NCBI RefSeq assembly: GCF_028368995.1
Contig: NZ_JAQNDL010000001.1
Span: forward strand, 2,432,001-2,496,000
Reading direction: 5' to 3'
Length of the DNA: 64,000 nt
DNA from: Nannocystis bainbridge
GTDB lineage: Bacteria > Myxococcota_A > Polyangia > Nannocystales > Nannocystaceae
Part shown: positions 8,681 through 18,400 of the stretch, in pieces
Layout: every line of letters begins with the position of its first letter
How positions within the stretch are numbered: position 1 is the first letter of the stretch
Translations under genes and position numbers: made by a program
The notes under the pieces: model-generated
What the model saw: only the letters and a program-made list of their open reading frames with translations
Databases searched by the model: none
Told to the model about the DNA's origin: nothing

Positions 8681-10219
8681 ATGTCGGCCGCGCCCGGGAC
8701 CCGCCTGCTGCTCGCCTCGGTGCTGGTGGTCGCCACCTGCGGCCTCGTCTACGAGCTGATCGCCGCGACCATGGCGAGCTACCTGCTGGGCGACAGCGTC
8801 ACCCAGTGGAGCCTCGTCATCGGCGTCTACCTCAGCGCCATGGGCCTCGGCTCGTGGCTCAGCAAGTTCGTCGTCAGGGACCTGCACGCCCGCTTCATCG
8901 CCGTCCAGCTGGTGATCGCCGTGGTCGGCGGCCTGTCGGCGGTCGCGCTGTTCTACGGCTACGCCTACCTCGCCAGCGTGCGCCCGCTGCTGTTCTCGAT
9001 CCTGGTGATCGTCGGTACCATGGTCGGGCTCGAGATCCCGCTGTTGATACGGATCGTCGGCGCCGGCGAGGAGCTGAAGGACACGGTCGCGCGGGTGCTC
9101 GCGTTCGACTACGTCGGCGCGCTGCTGGCCAGCCTGCTGTTCCCGCTGGCGCTGCTGCCCCACCTCGGCCTGGTGCGCACCAGCATGCTGTGCGGCCTGT
9201 TCAACGCCGCGGTCGCGCTGGCCTGCACCTGGGTGTTCCGCGCCCACCTGCCGCGCCCGCGCGCCGCCCTGGTCCAGGCCGCCCTGGTCTGCGCCGCGCT
9301 CGCGGCCGGCCTCGCCGTCGGCGGCCGGCTCGAGCGCCTGGCCGAGCGCGAGCTCTACGACGCCCCCGTCATCTTCTCCGAGAAGACCGCCTACCAGCGG
9401 CTCTCGATCACCCGCAGCGGCGACGACATCCGCCTCTACATCGACGGCAACCTGCAGTTCGCCAGCAGCGACGAGCACCGCTACCACGAGGCCCTGGTCC
9501 ATCCCGCCCTCGCCGGCGTCGCCCCGCGCCGGGCCCTCGTGCTCGGCGGCGGCGACGGCCTGGCCGTGCGCGAGCTGCTCAAGTACCCGGGCCTGGAGCG
9601 CATCGACCTCGTCGACCTCGATCCCGGCATGACCCGCCTGTTCGGCCGCGACCCGCTGCTGGTCCGCATCAACCGCGGCAGCCTGACCGACCCGCGCGTC
9701 CACGTGCACAACGCCGACGCCATGCGCTGGCTCGAAGGACATGTCCGCACGAACAGCGAGGTCTACGACGTCGCGGTCGTCGACCTGCCCGACCCCAACA
9801 ACTTCTCGCTCGGCAAGCTCTACACCGGCTCGTTCTACCGCCTGCTGCGCCGGGTCCTCTCGCCCGCCGGGGTCGGGGTGGTCCAGGCGACCTCGCCGTA
9901 CCTGGCGCCGCGCTCGTTCTGGTGCGTGGTCAAGACGCTCGCCGCCGCCGAGCTGCACCCGCGCCCCTACCACGCCCACGTGCCGTCGTTCGGCGACTGG
10001 GGCTTCGTGCTGGTGTCGCCGGCCCCGCGCCCCGAGCCGACCCACCTGGCCGACGTGCCGCTGCGGTTCCTCGACGACGCCCTGCTGCCGACCCTGTTCG
10101 TGTTCCCGCGCGACCAGCAGCCGCCCGACGTCGAGGCCAACCGCCTCAACGATCAGCTGCTCGTCCACTACTACGAGGAGGACCTGCGGGCCCTGCCCGG
10201 CCGCGGAGGCCGCGGATGA
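8681..10219 (+). CDS. speE: Membrane-bound polyamine aminopropyltransferase (spermidine synthase family)
   Basis: N-terminal TM bundle (CGLVYEL), then LYIDGNLQF, DEHRYHEALVHP, LVLGGGDGLAVRE, DLPDP and VPSFGDWGF. Confidence 0.9.
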   Translation: MSAAPGTRLLLASVLVVATCGLVYELIAATMASYLLGDSVTQWSLVIGVYLSAMGLGSWLSKFVVRDLHARFIAVQLVIAVVGGLSAVALFYGYAYLASVRPLLFSILVIVGTMVGLEIPLLIRIVGAGEELKDTVARVLAFDYVGALLASLLFPLALLPHLGLVRTSMLCGLFNAAVALACTWVFRAHLPRPRAALVQAALVCAALAAGLAVGGRLERLAERELYDAPVIFSEKTAYQRLSITRSGDDIRLYIDGNLQFASSDEHRYHEALVHPALAGVAPRRALVLGGGDGLAVRELLKYPGLERIDLVDLDPGMTRLFGRDPLLVRINRGSLTDPRVHVHNADAMRWLEGHVRTNSEVYDVAVVDLPDPNNFSLGKLYTGSFYRLLRRVLSPAGVGVVQATSPYLAPRSFWCVVKTLAAAELHPRPYHAHVPSFGDWGFVLVSPAPRPEPTHLADVPLRFLDDALLPTLFVFPRDQQPPDVEANRLNDQLLVHYYEEDLRALPGRGGRG

Positions 10220-10226
10220 GCGCTCG

Positions 10227-10278
10227 GGACATGTCCTTCCGTTGCTGTCGCATGGGACATGTCCTTTATGACATGCGA
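10227..10278. repeat. 14-bp-period palindrome array
   Basis: CATG at 10230, 10258 and 10272; degenerate unit at 10244. Confidence 0.8.
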
Positions 10279-10391
10279 TCGCGGCCGCGGCGTCGCAAGT
10301 GCGCCACTACCCTGCTCGTTCGTACATGTCCCCGGAGACAGACGACCGGCCCGCGCGCTCCCGTCTCCTCGCGTCGCCCCGGGGCCCGCGC

Positions 10392-12023
10392 GTGAAGCGG
10401 CGCGGCTTCCTCGGCGCCACCGCCGGCACCCTGGCGACGGCCGCCTGCGGCCCAAGCACGCCGCCTCCGCCGGCGATCGCGTTCGTCGGCCCCGACCCCG
10501 AGCGCAGCCATCACCTGCGCGAAGGGACATGGCGCGAAGGACCTGTCCATGAGACCATTCACACCGACGTCGCCATCGTCGGCGGCGGCGTGGCCGGCAG
10601 CGCCGCCGCCTGGCGCCTGCGCCGGGCCGGCCTCGCCGATCTCCACCTGTTCGAGCTCGAGGACGAGGTCGGCGGCACCGCGCGCGGCGGCGAGCTGCCG
10701 CGCTCGCGCCACCCGCTCGGCGCCCACTACCTGCCGACCCCGCCGCCGGACTGCCCCGCGCTCGAGCGCCTGCTGACCGACCTCGGCGTCATCCTCGGCC
10801 GCGACGCGCACGGCCGACCCGAGTACGCCCCCTCGGCGATCGCCGCCGCCCCGCTCGAGCGGCATTTCGGCCGCGGCCGCTGGTACGAGGGCCTCTACCC
10901 TGCCGCCGGCGAGACCGCCGAAGAGGCCGCCCAGTGGGCCCGCTGGCACGCCCACCTGCGCGCGCTCGACGGCCGGCGCGGCGGCGACGGCAAGCCGCTG
11001 TTCGCCATCCCCGTCGCCCGCAGCAGCGCCGAGCTGCGCCACCTCGACGCCGTCTCGTTCGCGCAGCACCTCGACGAGCTCGAGCTCCGCAGCGAGCGCC
11101 TGCGCTGGGCCCTCGACTACGCCTGCCGCGACGACTACGGCTGCACCCTCGCCCAGACCTCGGCCTTCGCCGGCCTGCATCATTTCCTCGCGCGCGGCCT
11201 CGAGGAGACCCGCGGCGGCTTCCTCCTCACCTGGCCCGAGGGCAACGCGCGGCTCGTGCGCGGCATGCTCGAGCGCGCCGACCTCGGCGCTCGCCTCCAC
11301 CGCGGCGCGGCGGTCGTCGCCGTCGACCCGCACGCCGGCGAGCTCCGCGTGCACTGCCCCGGCGACGGCCGCCGCCTGCGCGTCCACGCCCGATCGATCT
11401 TGTGGGCCGCCCCCCGCTTCGTCCTCGGCCGCCTGCTCGTCGGCCCCGATCCGCTGCCTGTCGGCGCGCTGACCTACGCCCCCTGGCTGGTCGCCAGCGT
11501 CGAGGTCCGCAACGCCCCGCGAGGCGTCGGCGCTCGCCTCGCGTGGGACAACGTCCCGCTGGCCGGCTCCAGCCTCGGCTACGTCGTCGCCACCCACGGT
11601 GAGACCGCCGACGAGCGCCAGCCCGGCGCCGTGCTCACCTACTACGAGCCGCTGTGCGGCGACGGCCCCGCCGAACTCGCCGCCCAGCGTCAGCGCCTAC
11701 TCGCCGGCGATCGTTCACACTGGGCCGACCACGTCATCAGCGCGCTCGCGGCCATGCACCCCGGTATCGCCAGCGAGATCTCCGAGGTCGCCATCACGCG
11801 CTGGGGACACGCCATGATCCGCCCCGTCCCCGGCCTGCTGTTCGGCGAGAACCTCGCCCTCGCCAGCGCCCCGATCGGCCGCCTGCGCCCGTGCGCGGCC
11901 GACGTCGCCGGCCTGCCGCTGTTCGAGGAGGCCTTTTACAAGGGGAGCCGCGCCGCGCTGGCGGCCCTCGCCGACCTCGGCCGCGCCGCCCCCGACGCCC
12001 TCGCCGACGAGATTTTTATATGA
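10392..12023 (+). CDS. FAD-dependent oxidoreductase (amine oxidase-like) with a Tat lipoprotein signal
   Basis: KRRGFLG...TAAC signal, IVGGGVAG FAD motif, GAHYLP, DYACRDDYG and RWGHAM. Confidence 0.88.
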   Translation: MKRRGFLGATAGTLATAACGPSTPPPPAIAFVGPDPERSHHLREGTWREGPVHETIHTDVAIVGGGVAGSAAAWRLRRAGLADLHLFELEDEVGGTARGGELPRSRHPLGAHYLPTPPPDCPALERLLTDLGVILGRDAHGRPEYAPSAIAAAPLERHFGRGRWYEGLYPAAGETAEEAAQWARWHAHLRALDGRRGGDGKPLFAIPVARSSAELRHLDAVSFAQHLDELELRSERLRWALDYACRDDYGCTLAQTSAFAGLHHFLARGLEETRGGFLLTWPEGNARLVRGMLERADLGARLHRGAAVVAVDPHAGELRVHCPGDGRRLRVHARSILWAAPRFVLGRLLVGPDPLPVGALTYAPWLVASVEVRNAPRGVGARLAWDNVPLAGSSLGYVVATHGETADERQPGAVLTYYEPLCGDGPAELAAQRQRLLAGDRSHWADHVISALAAMHPGIASEISEVAITRWGHAMIRPVPGLLFGENLALASAPIGRLRPCAADVAGLPLFEEAFYKGSRAALAALADLGRAAPDALADEIFI

Positions 12024-12548
12024 CTCTTCGGACATGTCCATGAGGGCATGTCCGAAAGCCCACCCTGCACGTGACCATTTTAACCCTCGCCTTCGGGCGT
12101 GGGCCGTCGCGGCGCAGGCGGCCGCGGAGCTGACGTTTTGGTCGGCGACAAGCAGCGGCGTCCTCTCCGAGTTCCGGACCGCAAGCCAGGCTCTCACGCG
12201 CGCTGGCCCTTCAGACCCACCGCCGGTCGGCGCTCCCGCCGAAGCGCGTCATCCCGGCGGAGCTCCGCGCCAGCCGCCCGCCTCTCGGCTTCGTGCCACC
12301 GCCGCGGTCGAGCCGAGCTCCCATGTCTCTTCGGACATCCCCGCGATCGCCTCGCCGCGCTGCCGCCCGCCCGCTCTGCGAAACTATTTTGAGAAAAACA
12401 TGTCCCGAGGGACATGTTCTGCGCCGGGACCGCTGCCCTGGGCACAAACGGCCGCAGCGCGCGCCCCCCGTCCGCGTCTGTCGATCCCGACAGCTCCTGA
12501 GCGGTCTTGCCCGTCCCTGCGCGCCCGCGGCCGCGCTATCCTCCTCGT

Positions 12549-13130
12549 GTGCCGCTGTCGCTCGCGCAGCTCGAGGCGCTCTCGCAACAGGCCTTCCCGA
12601 CCCAGGCCGTCGCGCGGCGTGACCCTGATGGTTACGCCGCCCTCCACGCCGCGATCGCCGAGGCTATCCTTCCGGTCGCGCGCGCGCTCGAGTTCGACAT
12701 GGACGACTTCGTCGCTCGCAGTCAGGACGAGCTGCTCGCCCTCCCGCCGCACATCCTGTTCGTGTGGTGCGACGAGGCCGACCTCATGGCCTCGTTCTAC
12801 GCCCTGCCCGAGGCCGACATCGCCGCCAACGTCGCCCAGGCCCTGCACGCCGTCGCCGGCCTGCGCTTCGGCGACCCCGCCCAGCTGCCCTCCGAGCAGC
12901 GCGGCGCGGTCCTCCGGATCATGGCCGCGATCGGCACTCCGCTGGCCCGCGACGCCGACGACTTCTTCGCCGCCTACGTCGACGGCGCCGCCCACGACCC
13001 CGAGCTCCCGGTCCGCGCCGAGGTCGAGGCCCTGTTCGACCAGTTCGCCCCCTGCTTCGTGCCCGACGCCGACGGCCTCGATCGCCGCTTCACCCGCGTG
13101 ATCGCCGTCCACCGCCACATCGACGCCTAG
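12549..13130 (+). CDS. Hypothetical acidic helical protein
   Basis: Typical codon bias; GTG start 6 nt after TATCCT. Confidence 0.7.
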   Translation: MPLSLAQLEALSQQAFPTQAVARRDPDGYAALHAAIAEAILPVARALEFDMDDFVARSQDELLALPPHILFVWCDEADLMASFYALPEADIAANVAQALHAVAGLRFGDPAQLPSEQRGAVLRIMAAIGTPLARDADDFFAAYVDGAAHDPELPVRAEVEALFDQFAPCFVPDADGLDRRFTRVIAVHRHIDA

Positions 13131-13179
13131 CATGTCTCCGAGGACATTTTTCTAGGGGCATGTCCCAAAGGACAGCCAG
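13128..13179. repeat. 14-bp-period palindrome array at a convergent junction
   Basis: Cores at 13131, 13145, 13159 and 13173. Confidence 0.8.
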
Positions 13180-13242
13180 GATCGATCATCGGACTGCCGG
13201 CGCCAGCACCCCACCTGCACTTCGGGCCAGGTGGAGCTCCGC

Positions 13243-14142
13243 TCAGCCCGCGCGCCCCACCACCTCGCGGATCGCCGCCACCAACGCCTCGGGCACCTCC
13301 TCCTGTAAAAAGTGCCCGGCCGCGGTTCGCCGCACGCTCGCGCCCGGGAACGCCCGCTCGTGGCGGGCCAGCGCGCGACCGAGGATCGGGTCGCGCTCGC
13401 CCCATACCAGCGCCAGCGGCCCTCCGGCGGCCGTGAAACCGCGCAGCCACGCTTCACCGCGCCGCAGCGGCGGGACGCTCGGGTGCTCCAGACCATCCGG
13501 GACCATGCGCGCCAGCGCCAGAGGACCTGCCCTTTCGGACAGATTCCGCAGCGGCCAGCGGTAGGCCCGGGCCACTGGCCCCCAGATCGATCGCCGATCG
13601 CCCTGCGCCACCCAGAGCGTCGACTGCGGGAACCCGAGGCCGCGAAACACCAGATCGCTGATCACCGGCACCCGCGCGAACCGGTGAAACCACGTCCCGC
13701 GCGGCCGCGACGGCAGCACCACCGACGTGTTGCCCAGCACCACGCCGGCCACGCGCTCGGGCATGTGAGCGGCCAGCGCCACTCCCAGCGCGCCGCCCCA
13801 GTCCTGACCGACCAGCACGAAGCGGCGCAGCCCCAGCGTCTCCACCAGCTCCGTCAGCGCCGCCACGTGTCGCTCGACCGAGTGCTCGTGCAGCGCGATC
13901 CGGCTCGAGAGGCCGAACCCGAGCAGGTCGGGCGCGACGCAGCGCAGCCCCGAGAGCCCCGCGATCACGTCGCGCCACAGGAAGCTCCAGGTCGGGTTGC
14001 CGTGGAGCAGGAGCACCACCGGCGCTGCGGGGTCGCCGTGGTCGATGCGGTGGATCCGGCACCCGTCTCGCAGCGCGCTCACGCTCCGCCGCAGCGGCAA
14101 CAGGGCAGCGAGCCACGCCGGCAACTCGGGGACGTCGAACAT
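13243..14142 (-). CDS. Alpha/beta hydrolase, haloalkane dehalogenase-like
   Basis: LLHGNPTWSFLWR, APDLLGFGLS, GQDWGG nucleophile elbow and AGHFLQEE. Confidence 0.9.
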   Translation of the reverse strand: MFDVPELPAWLAALLPLRRSVSALRDGCRIHRIDHGDPAAPVVLLLHGNPTWSFLWRDVIAGLSGLRCVAPDLLGFGLSSRIALHEHSVERHVAALTELVETLGLRRFVLVGQDWGGALGVALAAHMPERVAGVVLGNTSVVLPSRPRGTWFHRFARVPVISDLVFRGLGFPQSTLWVAQGDRRSIWGPVARAYRWPLRNLSERAGPLALARMVPDGLEHPSVPPLRRGEAWLRGFTAAGGPLALVWGERDPILGRALARHERAFPGASVRRTAAGHFLQEEVPEALVAAIREVVGRAG

Positions 14143-14194
14143 CGCCCGACGGCAACACAGCCGCCGGACGATGTAAAGCGCGCCGCGTCAGCGC

Positions 14195-15430
14195 TCAGTG
14201 GCCGCCGTGGCCGTGGCCGTGCCCATGGCCGTGCCCGTGCCCGTTCCCGTGGCCGTGCCCGCCCCAGCCGCCGTCGTCGTCGTCGTCATCGTCGTCGTCG
14301 TCGTCGCCGTTCGGCAGGCCCTCGCCGTACTTGTCGAACGAGCTGACGAGCAGCGCGCGGTGATCGTCGAGCGAGCCGCAGTCCTTGGGCGCCTTGACGG
14401 GCTTGCCCTTCTTGTCCAGGAAGCACTTGGGGTAGAGCCCCTGCTCCTTGTACTCTTGGTGGCGGATGTCACGGAGGCAGGTGGCCCCGTCCGGGGTCCA
14501 CTCGGCCTCGATGAACCAGTTGGTCGCGCGGGCCTCGACCTGCGGCGACATGTGGTCCCACAGGTCGATCGGCGTCCCGTTGACCGTCCACGGCTCACCG
14601 TTGCCGCAGTAGTCGGCGCGAGCCATGCGCGTGCAAGCCTGGTGATGATCTCGCAGCGAGATCGTCTTGCAGTTCTTGCCCTTCTTCCAGTCCTTGCAGC
14701 GCTTGGTGGTCGCCCACGGGCGATAGCCCCACATCACGCACTTGGCGATGACGGCGTTCGTGCAGGCCCAAACGAACACGTTGGGGTCGTCGACGCGGTC
14801 GCCGGTCTCGAGGTTCCAGTAGTTGGCCACCGGGATCGCCGGCACCATGCCGCCCTGACCGTCCTGACACAGCGGCTTCCACTGGTTCGAATTCTTGGCC
14901 CGGTGGACCACGTCGTACAGGTACACGTCGTCCTGGTCCGGCGACTTGGTGATGTCGTCGATGCGCAGGACGTAGTCCTCGTAGACTTCCTTGCCGTTGA
15001 CGACCTGCCCGACGGTCAGCTGCCACTCGGAGCCGATGAAGTCCTTGCCCTTCGCGGGCACCTTCTTGCCGTTCTTGATCACCTTGGCGCTGAACTCCGA
15101 CCCGTTCAGCACCGGCCCGTTCAGCACCGGACCGTTGAGCACCGGCCCGTTCAGGTTCACGCCGTTCAGCACCGGCCCCTGCATCAGTGGGCCCTCGAGC
15201 ACGTTGCCGTTCAGCACCGGCCCGTTCAGCACCGGCCCCAGGATGATGCCCTGCAGCACGGGCCCGTTCAGCACCGGGCCTTGCAGCACGGGGCTGTTCA
15301 GCTCGACTGCGTTGAATTCTTCGTCACGGGTCGAGACGACATCGGAGGGTGCATCCGCCCCCACGTAGCACCCTGCGCTGAGACCCAGCAGCGACACGAC
15401 AAGCGCCACACGACGCACGGCCATAACCAC
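14195..15430 (-). CDS. ADYC domain lipoprotein with pentapeptide repeats and an Asp/His-Gly tail
   Basis: Lipobox LSAGC, VLNGP repeats, AKCVMWGYRPW, HQACTRMARADYCGNG and EAEWTPDGATC. Confidence 0.88.
   Translation of the reverse strand: MVMAVRRVALVVSLLGLSAGCYVGADAPSDVVSTRDEEFNAVELNSPVLQGPVLNGPVLQGIILGPVLNGPVLNGNVLEGPLMQGPVLNGVNLNGPVLNGPVLNGPVLNGSEFSAKVIKNGKKVPAKGKDFIGSEWQLTVGQVVNGKEVYEDYVLRIDDITKSPDQDDVYLYDVVHRAKNSNQWKPLCQDGQGGMVPAIPVANYWNLETGDRVDDPNVFVWACTNAVIAKCVMWGYRPWATTKRCKDWKKGKNCKTISLRDHHQACTRMARADYCGNGEPWTVNGTPIDLWDHMSPQVEARATNWFIEAEWTPDGATCLRDIRHQEYKEQGLYPKCFLDKKGKPVKAPKDCGSLDDHRALLVSSFDKYGEGLPNGDDDDDDDDDDDGGWGGHGHGNGHGHGHGHGHGHGGH
15102..15300 (-). repeat. 15-bp coding tandem repeat (VLNGP/VLQGP pentapeptides)
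   Basis: Repeated ccgttcagcaccggc units on the + strand. Confidence 0.85.
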
Positions 15431-15497
15431 CCCCCATCGACTCCCCGTACTGTAGCACAGTCCGCGGACATATGAAAGGACATCTGTCCGAGCGAGC

Positions 15498-18400
15498 TCA
15501 CTTTTGGGCGCGCGTCAGCGGCCATGTCGCACACACGCGCAACCCGACCGTACTATGCCGAAAACTCGTAGGGATCTCGAAGCGGTTGGAGACTCGCCCG
15601 GCGAATTCATTATAGTAGAACCCACCGCCGCGCGCATTCAATTGCTTGTGGTCGTACGGCGACACCGTGAATTCGTAGGCGTTGCCGATCGTGTCATAGA
15701 GGCCGTAGGGGCTCACCGATTGGGGATACGAGCCCACCGGGTCGGGGCCGAACGCCGATCCCAGCAGGCCGTACGTCCTGTCGATATTGGCCTCGCTGGC
15801 CTCGAGGCGCTGGCCGATGGAGAATCGTCGGTCGTCGGCGCCGCGGGCTGCACGCTCCCATTCGTGTTCATCACAGAAACGGGCGCCTGGGACTCGCCCC
15901 GAGGAATCGAGCCACGCGAAATACGCTATCGCCTCCTCGACCCCGATTCCCGTCACTGGCAGACGTTCCCATTCGACGCGGGCCCGCTGCGTCCTGCCCT
16001 CGTAGACCAGGGGCTCGCCGGTCCGCGCGGTGTACACACGCTCCGTCTGATGCAGCTCGAGCTGCCAGCCGCCCTGGGCCAGCTCGGTGAGGCGGGCGCT
16101 GTCGGACAGCACCCGCGCGGCGTTGATCGCCAGGATCGCCGCGCGTTCGCCGGGCGGCAGCGCCGACAGGAACTCGATGTAGTCGGCCCACGTCACCTCA
16201 TGCCGACCGATGACGTAGGCCCCGGTCTGCACGCTGTGCAGCGGCTCGGCGCTCATCGACACGCGCAGGTCGACGATGTCGCCGGTGCCGTACAGGAAGC
16301 GGCCGGCGGGCACGTAGACGAAGCCCGCGGGGATGGTGTCGGTCGGCGGGAGCACGACCGAGAAGTCGGCGACCTCCTCGCGCGCCAGCGCGATCGGCAG
16401 GGTCACCGGCGCGTAGCCCTCGAGCTCGAAGCGCAGGCGATACGACCCACGATCGAGCGGACGCGCCGGCACCGGCGTGACCCCCAGCGTCTCGGTCGCG
16501 TCGATGCGGGCCCGCGACGCGTCGTAGCGCTCGAGCTGGACCCGCGCCCCCGGCGGCTCGCTCGTCACCGAGAACTGGGCCGGCGCGTTCCACCGCCCGA
16601 TCCGCGCCCCGTCCTCGTCGTAGAGCTTCAGGCGCTCGAGCAGGTCCTGGATCACGAACTCGCCGTGACCCGCCTGTTCGGCCAGCAGCGCGCGCTCGAG
16701 CAGCACCTCGCCGAGGCGGTCGCGGACATCGTCGCGCCGGCCGTCGAGGCTCAGCGCCGTCTCGAGCTTCTGCGCCGAGCGGGCCAGCCGCAGCTCCGCC
16801 TCCGGCAGCGTCGCCTCGTAGCGGGTCCACAGCCCGTCGGCGTGGGTCTGCTTGCCGGCGTCGTAGGCCGCCAGCGCTTGCGTCCGCAGCGCCTCGGCGT
16901 CGGCCCGCGCCTTGCCGGCGACCGCCCGCTCCTGCTCGGCCGCGGTCACCTGCGCGTCGACCTTGAGCCGCAGGTCGCGCTGGCCCTTGAGCCACATCGC
17001 CGCGTACATCGAGATCGCGACCGCCGGCACCAGCACGATCGCCCCGCGTCGCAGCGCCCGCACCCGCGCCGCCGCCGTCTTGCACGCGGCGATGAAGTCG
17101 CGCTCCTTCGGCCGCAGCGACGCCGGGTCGAGCGCCACCACCTCTTGCAGCGGCGCCCCGCTCCACAGCGCGTCGCGGCCGCGGCCGAGCCGCTCCCACT
17201 CGGTGACCGCGAGCTCGAGCCGGTGCCGCACCGCCCGGCCGTCGCGCTCCTCCTCGAGCCAGGTGCTGAGCGTCGACCACCCGCCGAGCAGCGCCTCGTG
17301 GGCGATCTCGAAGACCGCGTCGTCGTTGACCTCGCGGGCCACCACCAGGCGCCCGCGCACCAAAGCCTTGAGCGCCTCGGCGGCCGCGGGCGAGTCGGAG
17401 GTCAGCTCGTCTTCGGTCCGCACCGCGCGGGTGTCGTCGACCGTCACGAGGCGCATCAAGATCCGCCGCGCCGCCGCGCGCTGGGCCGGGATCAGCTCGG
17501 CGAGCACCGCGTCGCCGTGCCGCGCCAGCGCCCCGGTCACGCCGCCGACTTTGCGCAGGTCGGCCGGCGAGATGATGTTGGTCGCCTGGTCGCGCAGCTC
17601 CCACAGCTCGGCCAGCGCGAACTGCAGCAGCGGCAGGCTGCCGCGCGCGCCGGCCTCGACCAGCTCGTCGACCAGCGTCGACGGCTCGAAGCGCACGCCC
17701 TTGACCTTGGCCGGGCCGACGATCGCCTCGCGCGCGCCCTCGGGCGACAGCGGCCGGAGGATGTAGATCGCCCGCGACAGCTCGTCGCCGATGCCCGGCA
17801 CCTGGACCACGCGCGTCAAGAAATCGCCGCGCACCGTCGCCATCACCCGCAGCCCCGGCAACCCGGATGCCAGACGCGCCAGCAGCGGGCCGACCACCGC
17901 GACCTCCTGCGTCGCGCTCAGCGTCACCAGCTCCTCGAACTGATCGATCACCAGCAGCCGCCCGCGCGCCTCGCCGAGCTGCTTGCGCAGCGACCGGACC
18001 AGCTCGCCCGGGCTCTCGGCGATCAGCGCGGAGAGTGTCTCTTCGGACATGTCGAAGAGGACAGCCAGCGTCGACACCAGCGTCTGCAGCGGGTAGCGGC
18101 CCGGGGTCATCGCCGCCGAGGCCCACTGGCGGTGGTGGTCGAGGTTGCCCTCCTCGACCATCGGCACCACGCCGGCCTTGACGAGCGACGACTTGCCGAC
18201 GCCCGAGTCGCCGGCGACGACCACCAGCGCGTCGGCGCGGAGGCGCTCGAGCACGGCGCGGATCTCGACGCCGCGGCCGAAGAACACCGCGCGGTGCTTC
18301 GACTCGAACGCCTGCAGGCCGCGGTACGGGTTGCCCTCGGGGATCACCAGCTCGCGGCCGCTCGGCTGCAGCGACTCGAGCGCGGCCAACAGATCGTCGG

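Noticed and set aside
15498-15720. DGR variable region in the FGE domain
   Set aside because: No template repeat or reverse transcriptase in the window, and the codon pattern does not fit adenine-specific mutagenesis.
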